Virus record (IMG/VR): IMGVR_UViG_3300025852_000005
Coordinates: 1-49,400 of that record
Direction: 5' to 3' (one strand)
Length of the DNA: 49,400 bases
Origin: a virus
Taxonomy: Duplodnaviria; Caudoviricetes
Every line of letters starts with the position of its first letter. The stretch's first letter is position 1. Positions 25,617 to 33,675 of this stretch are shown here, piece after piece. Below the pieces are notes generated by a model. The model was not told the origin of the DNA, made no database searches, and worked only from the letters and a program-made list of their open reading frames with translations. The position numbers were made by a program, and so were the translations under genes.

Positions 25617-28250
25617 ATGGCTGAAGTCGCATACAACGTCTACGACACCCACGTCACTCGGACGGGCGGCAACGAGATATTCCATAAGTTGCCGGGTGTC
25701 CACAGCCACGGCTGGTATCACCAATGGGACGCGGCGGGTAACGATTCCATCACATTCACGGGCACGCGTATCCGGCTCTACGCCGTCAAATACGCGCATC
25801 ATGGTATCGCCACGGTGTCAATCGATGGTGGGGCGGCTACTGACGTAGACCTCTACAGCGCTGACACGGTTGCAAGCACCACGCCCGTCTGGGACAGCGG
25901 TGTACTGGTGAGCGATACTCATACGGTCGTGTGGTCGTGGAGCGGACGCAAGAACGCGACAGCGGTCACTGACACCTACGCTGTCGTGCTTGATTGGTTC
26001 GACATCCTCCCGCCCCCAAATGCGAATCCGATAGCCACGGGAAACTTCGGCACAATGACGGGGCGGACCACGGCGGTCACGGGAGGCTATAGCGCACAGG
26101 TGCGCTACGCTGCCGACGCGCGCAACTACCTCGACTTCATTGTGAATATTCTCACATCAGGCACAAGCACCGTGGCTATCAACGCTGTGCTGGATGGGGT
26201 CTCGACAATCGGTGGAGACACGACGTGGACTGCGCCCTACCACATCCCGCTTCCCACGGGTCTCGGACAAGCGTATATCAAGGTCGTGGCGCGTGAAGCG
26301 GGCAACTACAAAATCTTCGAGGTGTGGACTGCTCCGTCGGCAGCACCGACCGAGTGGGTGTCCGCCTATCTGTCGTTGCCACTGTTCGCGCTGATGGGGA
26401 CGAATCAGTGGAGCAACCCATACGCGCTCGGGAGCGGGTATGCGTGGACTGATGTCGCGGCGGCTGACGCTATCGTCCCAAGTCCCCCAAATACCGAGTG
26501 GTATGCCAAGAACTTCGAGACTTCGCTGGACGGAGCATACGGTCGAGTGACAATGCTCGGTACGGACGGCCTACCGACGACCAGCTACAGCAATGGTGTT
26601 GATGGCAACGATTCCCTCGTGTCTGTGGATACGTCTGAGTATTTTGATCCGACCTCGACGCTCGCGCAGATCAACTCCTGCCAATTCTCGATTCATACCC
26701 CGTTCACTAAAGAGACACCGCAGACGACCATCGCTGCATTTTTGGCCACCTTCGCACAAGATCAACCATTCGAGGTCGAACGTGGGTGGATGACCGTTGT
26801 GGCGGGTGTGGAATACTACGACATCGTGACGATGGGTCGATTCTTCGTCACCGACGCGACACTGGACAAGAACCAGTGGATATTGAATGTGTCGGCGCAG
26901 GATGGGATGGGGCTTCTTTTGGACGCAGCCTATCTGAACTCACCATATGGCGTCATCACCATCGGGCCATATCCCGATGATCCGTTTATCCCACTCCCAC
27001 CGGGTGATGCGTATGTTCCTCTCCTCGACACCGAACCGCCCTCACAAGTGACGGGCCTTACTGCGTCCAATGGCAATACCACATCCTCCCTGACGTGGGA
27101 CGCGGCGACCGACAACGTGGCCGTGGTGGGCTACGCGGTCTATGAGGACAGTAGCCTGCTCGCCACTCTCGGGGGGGACACACTGACCTACGCCGCGACG
27201 GGACTTACGAACGGCACGACGTACTCGTTCACGGTGGCGGCTCGTGACATTGTTGGCAACTGGGGCGCGGAGAGTGATGCTGTGGAGGCGACGCCTGTGG
27301 CGCTAGAAGAAGCACCAACCCCCCAGTGGGTCGTCATTGGTGGCGCAGGCGCGGGCAGTACTGGTGTTGGAGTCAATGACATAGCCACCTCGCCCGATGG
27401 CACGACGTGGACTGGCCGGACAAGTCAACTCGCCTCCGGGTATGGCGTCGCGTGGAACGGCTCGCTGTGGGTTGCTGTCGGTATCCGCGCAGGCGGGATA
27501 GCCACCTCCCCCGACGGCGTGACGTGGACTGGTCGGACAAGTCCGCTCACCACCGGTTATGGCGTCGCGTGGAACGGCTCGCTGTGGGTTGCTGTCGGCT
27601 ATGGCACTTACACGACAGCCACGTCACCTGACGGCATCACATGGACTGGCCGGGCAAACCCAATCGTCACCGGTCGTGCCGTTGCGTGGAATGGCTCGTT
27701 GTGGGTCGCTGTCGGCCTCAATAGCGGTGATGGCTACAGGATAGCCACCTCCCCCGACGGCGTGACGTGGACTGGTCGGACGAGTCCGTTTAGCACCGGT
27801 GGCTATGACATCGCGTGGAACGGCTCGCTGTGGGTCGCTGTCGGCTATGGCACTTACACGATAGCCACGTCACCGGATGGCCTCACTTGGACTCACCGGA
27901 GAAACCCACTCACCACCGGTCGCGGCGTCGCGTGGAATGGCTCGTTGTGGGTCGCTATCGGTGACAACACTGATGCAGTCGATGGCGTCGATGCGATAGC
28001 CACCTCACCCAACGGCACGACGTGGACTGGCCGGACAAGCCCGTTCACCTCCACCGGTCGTGACGTTGCGTGGAATGGCTCGCTGTGGGTTGCTGTCGGT
28101 AAAGGCTACGACTACAACTACGGCATAGGCGACCCCAACAATGTCACTGAAATAGCCACCTCACCCGATGGCACGACGTGGACCGTCCGGGCAAGTCCAT
28201 TTGCCGACTACCACGATGGCTATGGCGTTGCGTATTGTGTGCCATCGTGA
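25617..28250 (+). CDS. Tail-tip protein: carbohydrate-binding jelly roll, hub N-terminal part, FN3, 7-repeat beta-propeller
   Basis: ITFTGT.I.LY.....HGIA.VSIDG....VDLYS (CBM-like); MGRFFV...VSAQDGM (hub); DTEPPS...LTWDAATDNV.V.GY...GL..GTTYSFTV.ARD..GN (FN3); seven ATSP[DN]GxTW repeats. Confidence 0.8.
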   Translation: MAEVAYNVYDTHVTRTGGNEIFHKLPGVHSHGWYHQWDAAGNDSITFTGTRIRLYAVKYAHHGIATVSIDGGAATDVDLYSADTVASTTPVWDSGVLVSDTHTVVWSWSGRKNATAVTDTYAVVLDWFDILPPPNANPIATGNFGTMTGRTTAVTGGYSAQVRYAADARNYLDFIVNILTSGTSTVAINAVLDGVSTIGGDTTWTAPYHIPLPTGLGQAYIKVVAREAGNYKIFEVWTAPSAAPTEWVSAYLSLPLFALMGTNQWSNPYALGSGYAWTDVAAADAIVPSPPNTEWYAKNFETSLDGAYGRVTMLGTDGLPTTSYSNGVDGNDSLVSVDTSEYFDPTSTLAQINSCQFSIHTPFTKETPQTTIAAFLATFAQDQPFEVERGWMTVVAGVEYYDIVTMGRFFVTDATLDKNQWILNVSAQDGMGLLLDAAYLNSPYGVITIGPYPDDPFIPLPPGDAYVPLLDTEPPSQVTGLTASNGNTTSSLTWDAATDNVAVVGYAVYEDSSLLATLGGDTLTYAATGLTNGTTYSFTVAARDIVGNWGAESDAVEATPVALEEAPTPQWVVIGGAGAGSTGVGVNDIATSPDGTTWTGRTSQLASGYGVAWNGSLWVAVGIRAGGIATSPDGVTWTGRTSPLTTGYGVAWNGSLWVAVGYGTYTTATSPDGITWTGRANPIVTGRAVAWNGSLWVAVGLNSGDGYRIATSPDGVTWTGRTSPFSTGGYDIAWNGSLWVAVGYGTYTIATSPDGLTWTHRRNPLTTGRGVAWNGSLWVAIGDNTDAVDGVDAIATSPNGTTWTGRTSPFTSTGRDVAWNGSLWVAVGKGYDYNYGIGDPNNVTEIATSPDGTTWTVRASPFADYHDGYGVAYCVPS
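27381..28230 (+). repeat. Seven near-identical intragenic repeats (about 115-145 bp, Asp-box-like propeller blades)
   Basis: Recurrent GCCAC(C/G)TC.CC...GGC...AC.TGGAC and GCGTGGAA(C/T)GGCTCG(C/T)TGTGGGT.GCT blocks. Confidence 0.9.
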
Positions 28251-28279
28251 CCAACTACAACGGCTAGGGGGTTCCCGCC

Positions 28280-29383
28280 ATGATTCATTCAGGCTTGTTT
28301 CTCGGTGCCGATGTGTCGGGCGGCGAGTTCTCCGCTCCCATTTCCTCGACAGACAAGGCGAACGATGTCGTCGCTCACTTCGCCAACCTCCTCGGAGGTC
28401 GGTGGTATCTGGATAACACTGGCGTGCGGACACTCGTTTGTACTCACAACATCGACAAACTCGACTACAAAATCAACGCGCTCAACACGTTCGGTATCCC
28501 AATATACGAGAAGTACGACCAACCCGTCGCACCGTTCTCGGCGGCGGTTCACAACTACCAGATTGAGACCACATACACCGACATTCTCGATGTGCCGAAG
28601 TTCAGCGGATACGACTCAGTGGGATCGTCCATCGCGGTCTCCGTCGCGCACAGCGGATGTGCAGACCGGAAGGTCTACAGCCGCGTGGGGACAACGGACA
28701 CGGAGATACCAAACGCTATCGTCGAGATGAACACCTACAACACGGTGGTGCGCTCGGACGTATGGATTGCGAGCACCACCCCGCTGACGACGTACGCGCG
28801 ACTCGTCATCAAGGGCCAGAAGATTGATGACTCGGTGGCGAATGACGCGTCCACGGTCGCAGGAACGAATATCGACAATCCGTTTGTCACGACGCAGTAC
28901 AAGGCGGATGGCGTGTTGTCGTGGTCGTTCCCCGACTTCGCTGGACGGTCGTACCGATTCACAATGCGCGACGATCCGTCGCTGAAATGTGGAAACATCG
29001 TCCAACTCGCTGTGGACAATGAGTATCTAGACGTGCTGCTCATCGAAGCGAAGCGTACTTTCAATGGTGCGGGACGTGTCGAGTACCTAGCGGTCTATGT
29101 CGGTACGACCGAGGAGGCACCGTTCCCCGTGGCTGTGACGAGTCCGACAAAGACCATCGGGTCAACCTCGGCTACCTTTGCATGGGGTAACATCACAGGG
29201 TATGACGACTGGGACAACGTGGACATCGAATACCTTATCTACGACACCACGACAACCCCAACGCTGATTGCTACCGTGCCCTACCCTGCGACAACCGTGA
29301 CAGTCGATGGAACAGGCTGGTCGTCCTTCTCCATCGCTGTCCGCGTAGACAACTTTGAGTGGCCATCTGTGGCCTTCGTCTAA
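28280..29383 (+). CDS. Tail protein (C-terminal part of baseplate hub)
   Basis: NIDNPFVT...RFTMRDDPSLKCGNIVQL hub-type motif and a C-terminal FN3-like segment. Confidence 0.65.
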   Translation: MIHSGLFLGADVSGGEFSAPISSTDKANDVVAHFANLLGGRWYLDNTGVRTLVCTHNIDKLDYKINALNTFGIPIYEKYDQPVAPFSAAVHNYQIETTYTDILDVPKFSGYDSVGSSIAVSVAHSGCADRKVYSRVGTTDTEIPNAIVEMNTYNTVVRSDVWIASTTPLTTYARLVIKGQKIDDSVANDASTVAGTNIDNPFVTTQYKADGVLSWSFPDFAGRSYRFTMRDDPSLKCGNIVQLAVDNEYLDVLLIEAKRTFNGAGRVEYLAVYVGTTEEAPFPVAVTSPTKTIGSTSATFAWGNITGYDDWDNVDIEYLIYDTTTTPTLIATVPYPATTVTVDGTGWSSFSIAVRVDNFEWPSVAFV

Positions 29384-29425
29384 CTACCTGTACCCTCACT
29401 GAGCGAGACTCGGTGAGTGCATAGA

Positions 29426-29471
29426 AAGACCCCCGTTGCGAGTCCTCTCTCCTTCCCGCAGCGGGGGTCTT
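29426..29471. terminator. Bidirectional terminator between convergent arms
   Basis: AAGACCCCCGTTGCG...CGCAGCGGGGGTCTT. Confidence 0.75.
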
Positions 29472-29483
29472 AGTCGTGCCGAA

Positions 29484-30290
29484 CTAGATGGTGCGAAGGC
29501 GCGTCCGCAGGATGTAGCCGACGGTGGTCTTTGCCCACAGAATGGTGCCACCGGGAACGGCAGTCACCTTGTCACCCTTCGCCAGCGTCTTGAGCACACG
29601 CGAGGCGATGCTGGGGTTCAGGCGCGCGTACGCGGTCGGGAAGCCCCACACGATGCGGTTGTATGGCGTGGCCGTCGGCACGGGAACGGGCTTGGGTGCC
29701 GCCACGACGTAACCCCACTGACCCACATCGACGGACTGCACGATGTTCCAGTCGTAGTCAATACCGAGGTTGTACGGCTTGGCCCCGTTCTGCTGGTAGA
29801 GCGCAGCGGTGGCGAGCCGCTTGCCACTCGACCACGCGAGCGTCTGCCATGCCTTTGCAGCGGAGTGGTTCGCCAGCGCGTGCGCGCACACGTCGTACGA
29901 TCCGTAGATGCCGACGCGTGATGCCCCGAGCACTTCCGCTGCGCCCTTCAGATAGGCCTCGACCGCTGTGTGGTTCTGCGTGTTGGTGTCACAGGCGAAG
30001 TACACAAACGCGTTTGCCGGGCCACCTGCGGCGATGATTCCCGCCTTCGCGGTCTTTGCGCCAGCAACCCCGTCCGCGTGCGCGTTCGAGCCGACCATCA
30101 TCGTCGCAGTCGTCTCATAGACGGTTACGAGGTCAATACCCGCCTTGCGAAGCGCGTTGCACTCGGCTTTGTCCGCCGTCTTCCATGACGATGCGAGACC
30201 GAAATACCGTACGACGACGTTGATCCCCGCTTTCTTGAGCGCGGGGATGACGGCTGCTGCGCTGACCGCACAGTCAATGACCTTCATCAC
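29484..30290 (-). CDS. Endolysin: DUF1906 / GH25-like glycoside hydrolase with SH3b-like C-terminus
   Basis: LKKAG...VVRY......K.....E...L..AG.....VYE...VYFACD...GIYGS...WQT.AWS.G. A Pro-rich linker precedes AR..PS..S.V...L.KG..V.....W.K...GYI. Confidence 0.85.
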   Translation of the reverse strand: MMKVIDCAVSAAAVIPALKKAGINVVVRYFGLASSWKTADKAECNALRKAGIDLVTVYETTATMMVGSNAHADGVAGAKTAKAGIIAAGGPANAFVYFACDTNTQNHTAVEAYLKGAAEVLGASRVGIYGSYDVCAHALANHSAAKAWQTLAWSSGKRLATAALYQQNGAKPYNLGIDYDWNIVQSVDVGQWGYVVAAPKPVPVPTATPYNRIVWGFPTAYARLNPSIASRVLKTLAKGDKVTAVPGGTILWAKTTVGYILRTRLRTI

Positions 30291-30592
30291 TCATTCCTTT
30301 CGTCGAGAGCGTGGATGATGCTTGCTACTTCGCTGACGCTGGTGACAACAAAGGCCATGCCACCCGCGTTTTGTATCTGGTTCATGCGAAGTTCCTGTGG
30401 TTTCGTAATTCCATACGAGCCATCGGGCCGCTTGACCTCGACGCCGAGAAAGTAGCCCCGATGACAGACAACGAGGTCGGGCGTCCCCTTCGCAGAGGAC
30501 GCCCCACCACCGATGTTGATGACGTAGGTCGAGTCACAGCCGCGCAGATACGCGATGATGTCTGACTGAATCTTCGACTCTACTCGGCCCAT
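30287..30592 (-). CDS. VRR-NUC domain nuclease (Holliday junction resolvase-like)
   Basis: ESKIQ..I...L...G.PDL......F.G.EVK......Q......I..AGG...V..SV. Confidence 0.88.
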   Translation of the reverse strand: MGRVESKIQSDIIAYLRGCDSTYVINIGGGASSAKGTPDLVVCHRGYFLGVEVKRPDGSYGITKPQELRMNQIQNAGGMAFVVTSVSEVASIIHALDERNE

Positions 30593-30595
30593 GCG

Positions 30596-31027
30596 CTAGT
30601 CGAAGTCCTCTGCGTCGTCCTCGACCGGAGCGTCCGTGTCTCCGAACGGGGTGCCCTCACCGATGGTTTGCTTGATGTTGGCGAAGACCGGGATGATACC
30701 ATTCGCGTTCTCTCGCGTGCCGTCCTTGTGGACGATCTCGACGAGCACGAACTGGTTGAGCAACTGGTCGATGTCGAATGCATCGCCCTCGTTGAGATCG
30801 ACGCCGAGACCGTTGAGCACGAGGAAGTAGAAGGCCGCGTACCCGCCGTCACTCGTGAGATCGTACTTGTTCTTGAGCGTGATACCCTCGACATCGACGA
30901 ACTTGATTTCGACGTTCGTGACGTTCGCACGGGGGAGACCCTTGACCTCGACGATCTTGAGGTTCTGCTCGCCCTCGTCCAACAGACGGAATCCCTTGGG
31001 CCGACCTTTTCCTACTACGTTAGGCAT
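30596..31027 (-). CDS. Putative single-stranded DNA-binding protein (DUF669-like)
   Basis: F.LL.EG....I..V pattern, beta-rich core, acidic tail (VEDDAEDFD). AAGGAG RBS before ATG 31027. Confidence 0.6.
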   Translation of the reverse strand: MPNVVGKGRPKGFRLLDEGEQNLKIVEVKGLPRANVTNVEIKFVDVEGITLKNKYDLTSDGGYAAFYFLVLNGLGVDLNEGDAFDIDQLLNQFVLVEIVHKDGTRENANGIIPVFANIKQTIGEGTPFGDTDAPVEDDAEDFD

Positions 31028-31559
31028 GACTGAACTCCTTTGATAGATTTTTCCATGTCCTGTGATGGACAACATCGTTGATGGTGCTGGCGGTTACGCC
31101 ATACATCCGTGCCAACTCGGCTTGCGATGTACCTAATACAGAACTCCTGATTTCGGCCACGATGGCACAAGTCAGTTTGGCGCTGGCACTACGTCTGACA
31201 TTCTCCGTCATCGAAACAGGTTCCAAATGTGATGGCCGGATGCACGCTCGGTTTCTGCACAGGTGATCCAACTGCATCCCAGTAGGGATTGGGCCATTCG
31301 CCCGTGTCCAATAAAACCGATGTGCATTCTGCATCTTTCCATGACACTTGGCCAATCCGTATCCGTTGTGCCCGAACGCCCGCTGCCAAACCCAGCAGGG
31401 TGTCTCGTATCCACAATCCCGCTCGATGTAATCCTTGGCTGCGTCTCGACACCGATGTCCCATCACAAATCGCATGGGCTGACCCTTGACCCAGCCTCTT
31501 GCTGCTCGGGTTATCGGTGCAGGCTTGGTGGTTTGGCCGCAGCCGCATTCGCATAGCAT
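31020..31559 (-). CDS. HNH endonuclease (copy 2) with N-terminal CECGCG and C-terminal HTH
   Basis: CWVWQ...AHR....GPIP.GMQLDHLCRNRACIRPSHLEPV...ENVRR. Confidence 0.9.
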   Translation of the reverse strand: MLCECGCGQTTKPAPITRAARGWVKGQPMRFVMGHRCRDAAKDYIERDCGYETPCWVWQRAFGHNGYGLAKCHGKMQNAHRFYWTRANGPIPTGMQLDHLCRNRACIRPSHLEPVSMTENVRRSASAKLTCAIVAEIRSSVLGTSQAELARMYGVTASTINDVVHHRTWKNLSKEFSHA

Positions 31560-31564
31560 GACGC

Positions 31565-32626
31565 CTAGTACTTCTCCTTTGACATCGTGTACGTTAGGGT
31601 AACACAGGTGTACTTCTCCAACAGGTTGTCTGCTGCTAGTGCCTCCTTGTCGATGGCTGAACGCTCTGCTCGTTTGACCTTCCAGCCATAGGCTGAAACG
31701 GTGTCGTCGTTGTCTGTGAACAGAGCCACGAACTCGGGCTTCATCTTGTCCTTCAGCGTCTTGAGTGACTTCTCAAGTGCGTCGAGGTCGGACTTGGAGC
31801 GTATGGTCTCTATCTTGGCTTCCAGAATAGCGGCTTCTTTCGCCATCGTCTCAAGCCCATCATGCTTGACTTCTGTCTTCCGCAGGATGTCGAGGAAGGT
31901 CTTGTCAGCCTTCAGTGACTCGTTGAACGCCGGTGAGATGTTGCCGACGACGTGCGCGTCATACCAGTCCATCGCACATGCCATGATGTTTACGATGTCG
32001 CTGTCGGATGTTCGCAGGTCGTAGAGTTGTGTGTTGTCGTCCGTGCAGACGAACTCCTCGGGATGGTTGTAGTCCTCGTCATTGAGGAACGCCACGGGGA
32101 CGAACACGCGCTCCACATCGAGCAGGTAGGCATACGAGAGACCCTGCACCGCGTACGACGCCGGAACGCCGTCGAACCAGTCCTGCGGTCGTGAGGAGGT
32201 CTTCGCCTCGATGACGGCAACTATCTTGACACCCGTGCGTGTACCCTTCCACGGCTTGTCGAGCACTAGCGCGTCCCACATGCCGCCGAAGACGGGTTCG
32301 CTCGGGAAGTGGTCGTACAACTTCTCGGGAGTGCCGAACCACTGTTCCGGTGTCACGATGTACGGACTGACGTTCTCCTTGCACCACGCGATGAGTGCAG
32401 GCTCGATTGCGATGCCAGCACGGGTGTACTTAGACTCGACGAACGGATCTTCCGCCACTCGGCAAATCTCGCACCACGCACCGAAGTCGGTCTTGTACTT
32501 GTTGACCCCTGCGATGGCACCGAGGCGTGTACCCGTCATCTTCTTGGGGTTCTTCGTCGGTCCGCTGTCCACGGTGATACGCGTGTGCGTGGAGTCGGCA
32601 TAGGCCCACGGCTGGAACTTAGCCAT
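31565..32626 (-). CDS. YqaJ / lambda-exonuclease family recombination nuclease
   Basis: TGTRL.AI.G.NKY.T.F..W, G..IEP, GGMWDAL, IEAKT, P..Y..Q...Y motifs. Confidence 0.85.
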   Translation of the reverse strand: MAKFQPWAYADSTHTRITVDSGPTKNPKKMTGTRLGAIAGVNKYKTDFGAWCEICRVAEDPFVESKYTRAGIAIEPALIAWCKENVSPYIVTPEQWFGTPEKLYDHFPSEPVFGGMWDALVLDKPWKGTRTGVKIVAVIEAKTSSRPQDWFDGVPASYAVQGLSYAYLLDVERVFVPVAFLNDEDYNHPEEFVCTDDNTQLYDLRTSDSDIVNIMACAMDWYDAHVVGNISPAFNESLKADKTFLDILRKTEVKHDGLETMAKEAAILEAKIETIRSKSDLDALEKSLKTLKDKMKPEFVALFTDNDDTVSAYGWKVKRAERSAIDKEALAADNLLEKYTCVTLTYTMSKEKY

Positions 32627-32795
32627 TGTCCAGCACCTTCCTCATCTTGAGCGCTTGCGCGTGCCGCGTGATTCGTGCAAGCCGACGCTTCTCAGCACGA
32701 TTGGGATAGTTGGTCTCGGTGCCTTCTACGAATGTCGGGGCAACGCCCTCCCGAATCTGGTTCATCTTGACTTCAACTTGTGCGCGTGTCGGCAT
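32619..32795 (-). CDS. Small basic hypothetical protein
   Basis: MPTRAQVEVK...PNRAEKRR; fills the operon gap. Confidence 0.55.
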   Translation of the reverse strand: MPTRAQVEVKMNQIREGVAPTFVEGTETNYPNRAEKRRLARITRHAQALKMRKVLDNG

Positions 32796-32796
32796 G

Positions 32797-33675
32797 TTAC
32801 TCAGCCGCCTTCTCGCCCTCAACGATGATTTCCTCGGCCTTGGTGAGTGTCGCAACGGCCTTGGTCTTCTTCAGGGTGGACTTGCCGTTCGCCCCGACCT
32901 TGGGCGTCCCGTCGGCCTCGAAGTGCTCCGCGACCAACTTGACGCAGAACTTCGGGTCGATCTTCTGAGCCGCGAGGATGTTGTCATACAGCGCCTTGGC
33001 GAACATGTCCGTGGCGAACGACGCGTCCTCGGCCTTGTCGTCAACGATGGCTTGCTTGATTTCTGCCTTGGCCGCACCGGAGACGTAGCCATTCTTGGCT
33101 GCGCCACTGTCGGTGGCTGCGCTGAACGCCTGATCGTCGCCCTCACGGCCCTTGTTGTCGAGCAGGTAGTTGTTGAGGATGAAGTTGCGGAGCATGTTCG
33201 TCTGCGCTGCGCCGTTGCAATACCCCGGCTGCATGTTGGAACCGAAACCTGAGATGCAGTAGGTCTCGAACTCGTCCGTGTAGACATCACGCATCGTCAC
33301 GGCACCGTCGGCCTGTGCAGCGAAGATATCGGCACCCTTGTTGGTCTTGCCGATGATACCGAGGAACTTGACATCGACATCCAACTTGAAGATGAGGTCG
33401 TGACTCGTGCAGAGCGCGCAGAGCCACATCTTGTACTGCGACGTGTCGGCGTACTCGTACGAGATGTTGTCAATCACCTTGTCGAACTTGACGCCCGACG
33501 CGGCCTTTGCCATGTCGCCCTGAAGCGCCAGAAGACGCTGCTTGAACGACGGAATCGGTGGCTGCTCGGGTACCTGTGCGGACTCCTTGGGGTCGGCCTT
33601 CTTGCGCGTCGGCTTCGCCTTCGGCTCGACGACCTCCTGCTGCAACTCGTTTGTCTTCTCGTCTACTGTTGACAT
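32797..33675 (-). CDS. ERF-family ssDNA-annealing protein from an internal in-frame start
   Basis: GAGGAGAGGG RBS then ATG 33675 (MSTVDEK). RLLALQ...K....YEYAD...LC....L...GAAQT.MLR.F..N.YL matches the ERF pattern. Confidence 0.6.
   Translation of the reverse strand: MSTVDEKTNELQQEVVEPKAKPTRKKADPKESAQVPEQPPIPSFKQRLLALQGDMAKAASGVKFDKVIDNISYEYADTSQYKMWLCALCTSHDLIFKLDVDVKFLGIIGKTNKGADIFAAQADGAVTMRDVYTDEFETYCISGFGSNMQPGYCNGAAQTNMLRNFILNNYLLDNKGREGDDQAFSAATDSGAAKNGYVSGAAKAEIKQAIVDDKAEDASFATDMFAKALYDNILAAQKIDPKFCVKLVAEHFEADGTPKVGANGKSTLKKTKAVATLTKAEEIIVEGEKAAE

Noticed and set aside
27381-28230. Repeats as a CRISPR array or a DGR template/variable pair
   Set aside because: They are in-frame coding repeats with no unique spacers. 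No cas or reverse transcriptase gene is present, and the differences are not adenine-specific.
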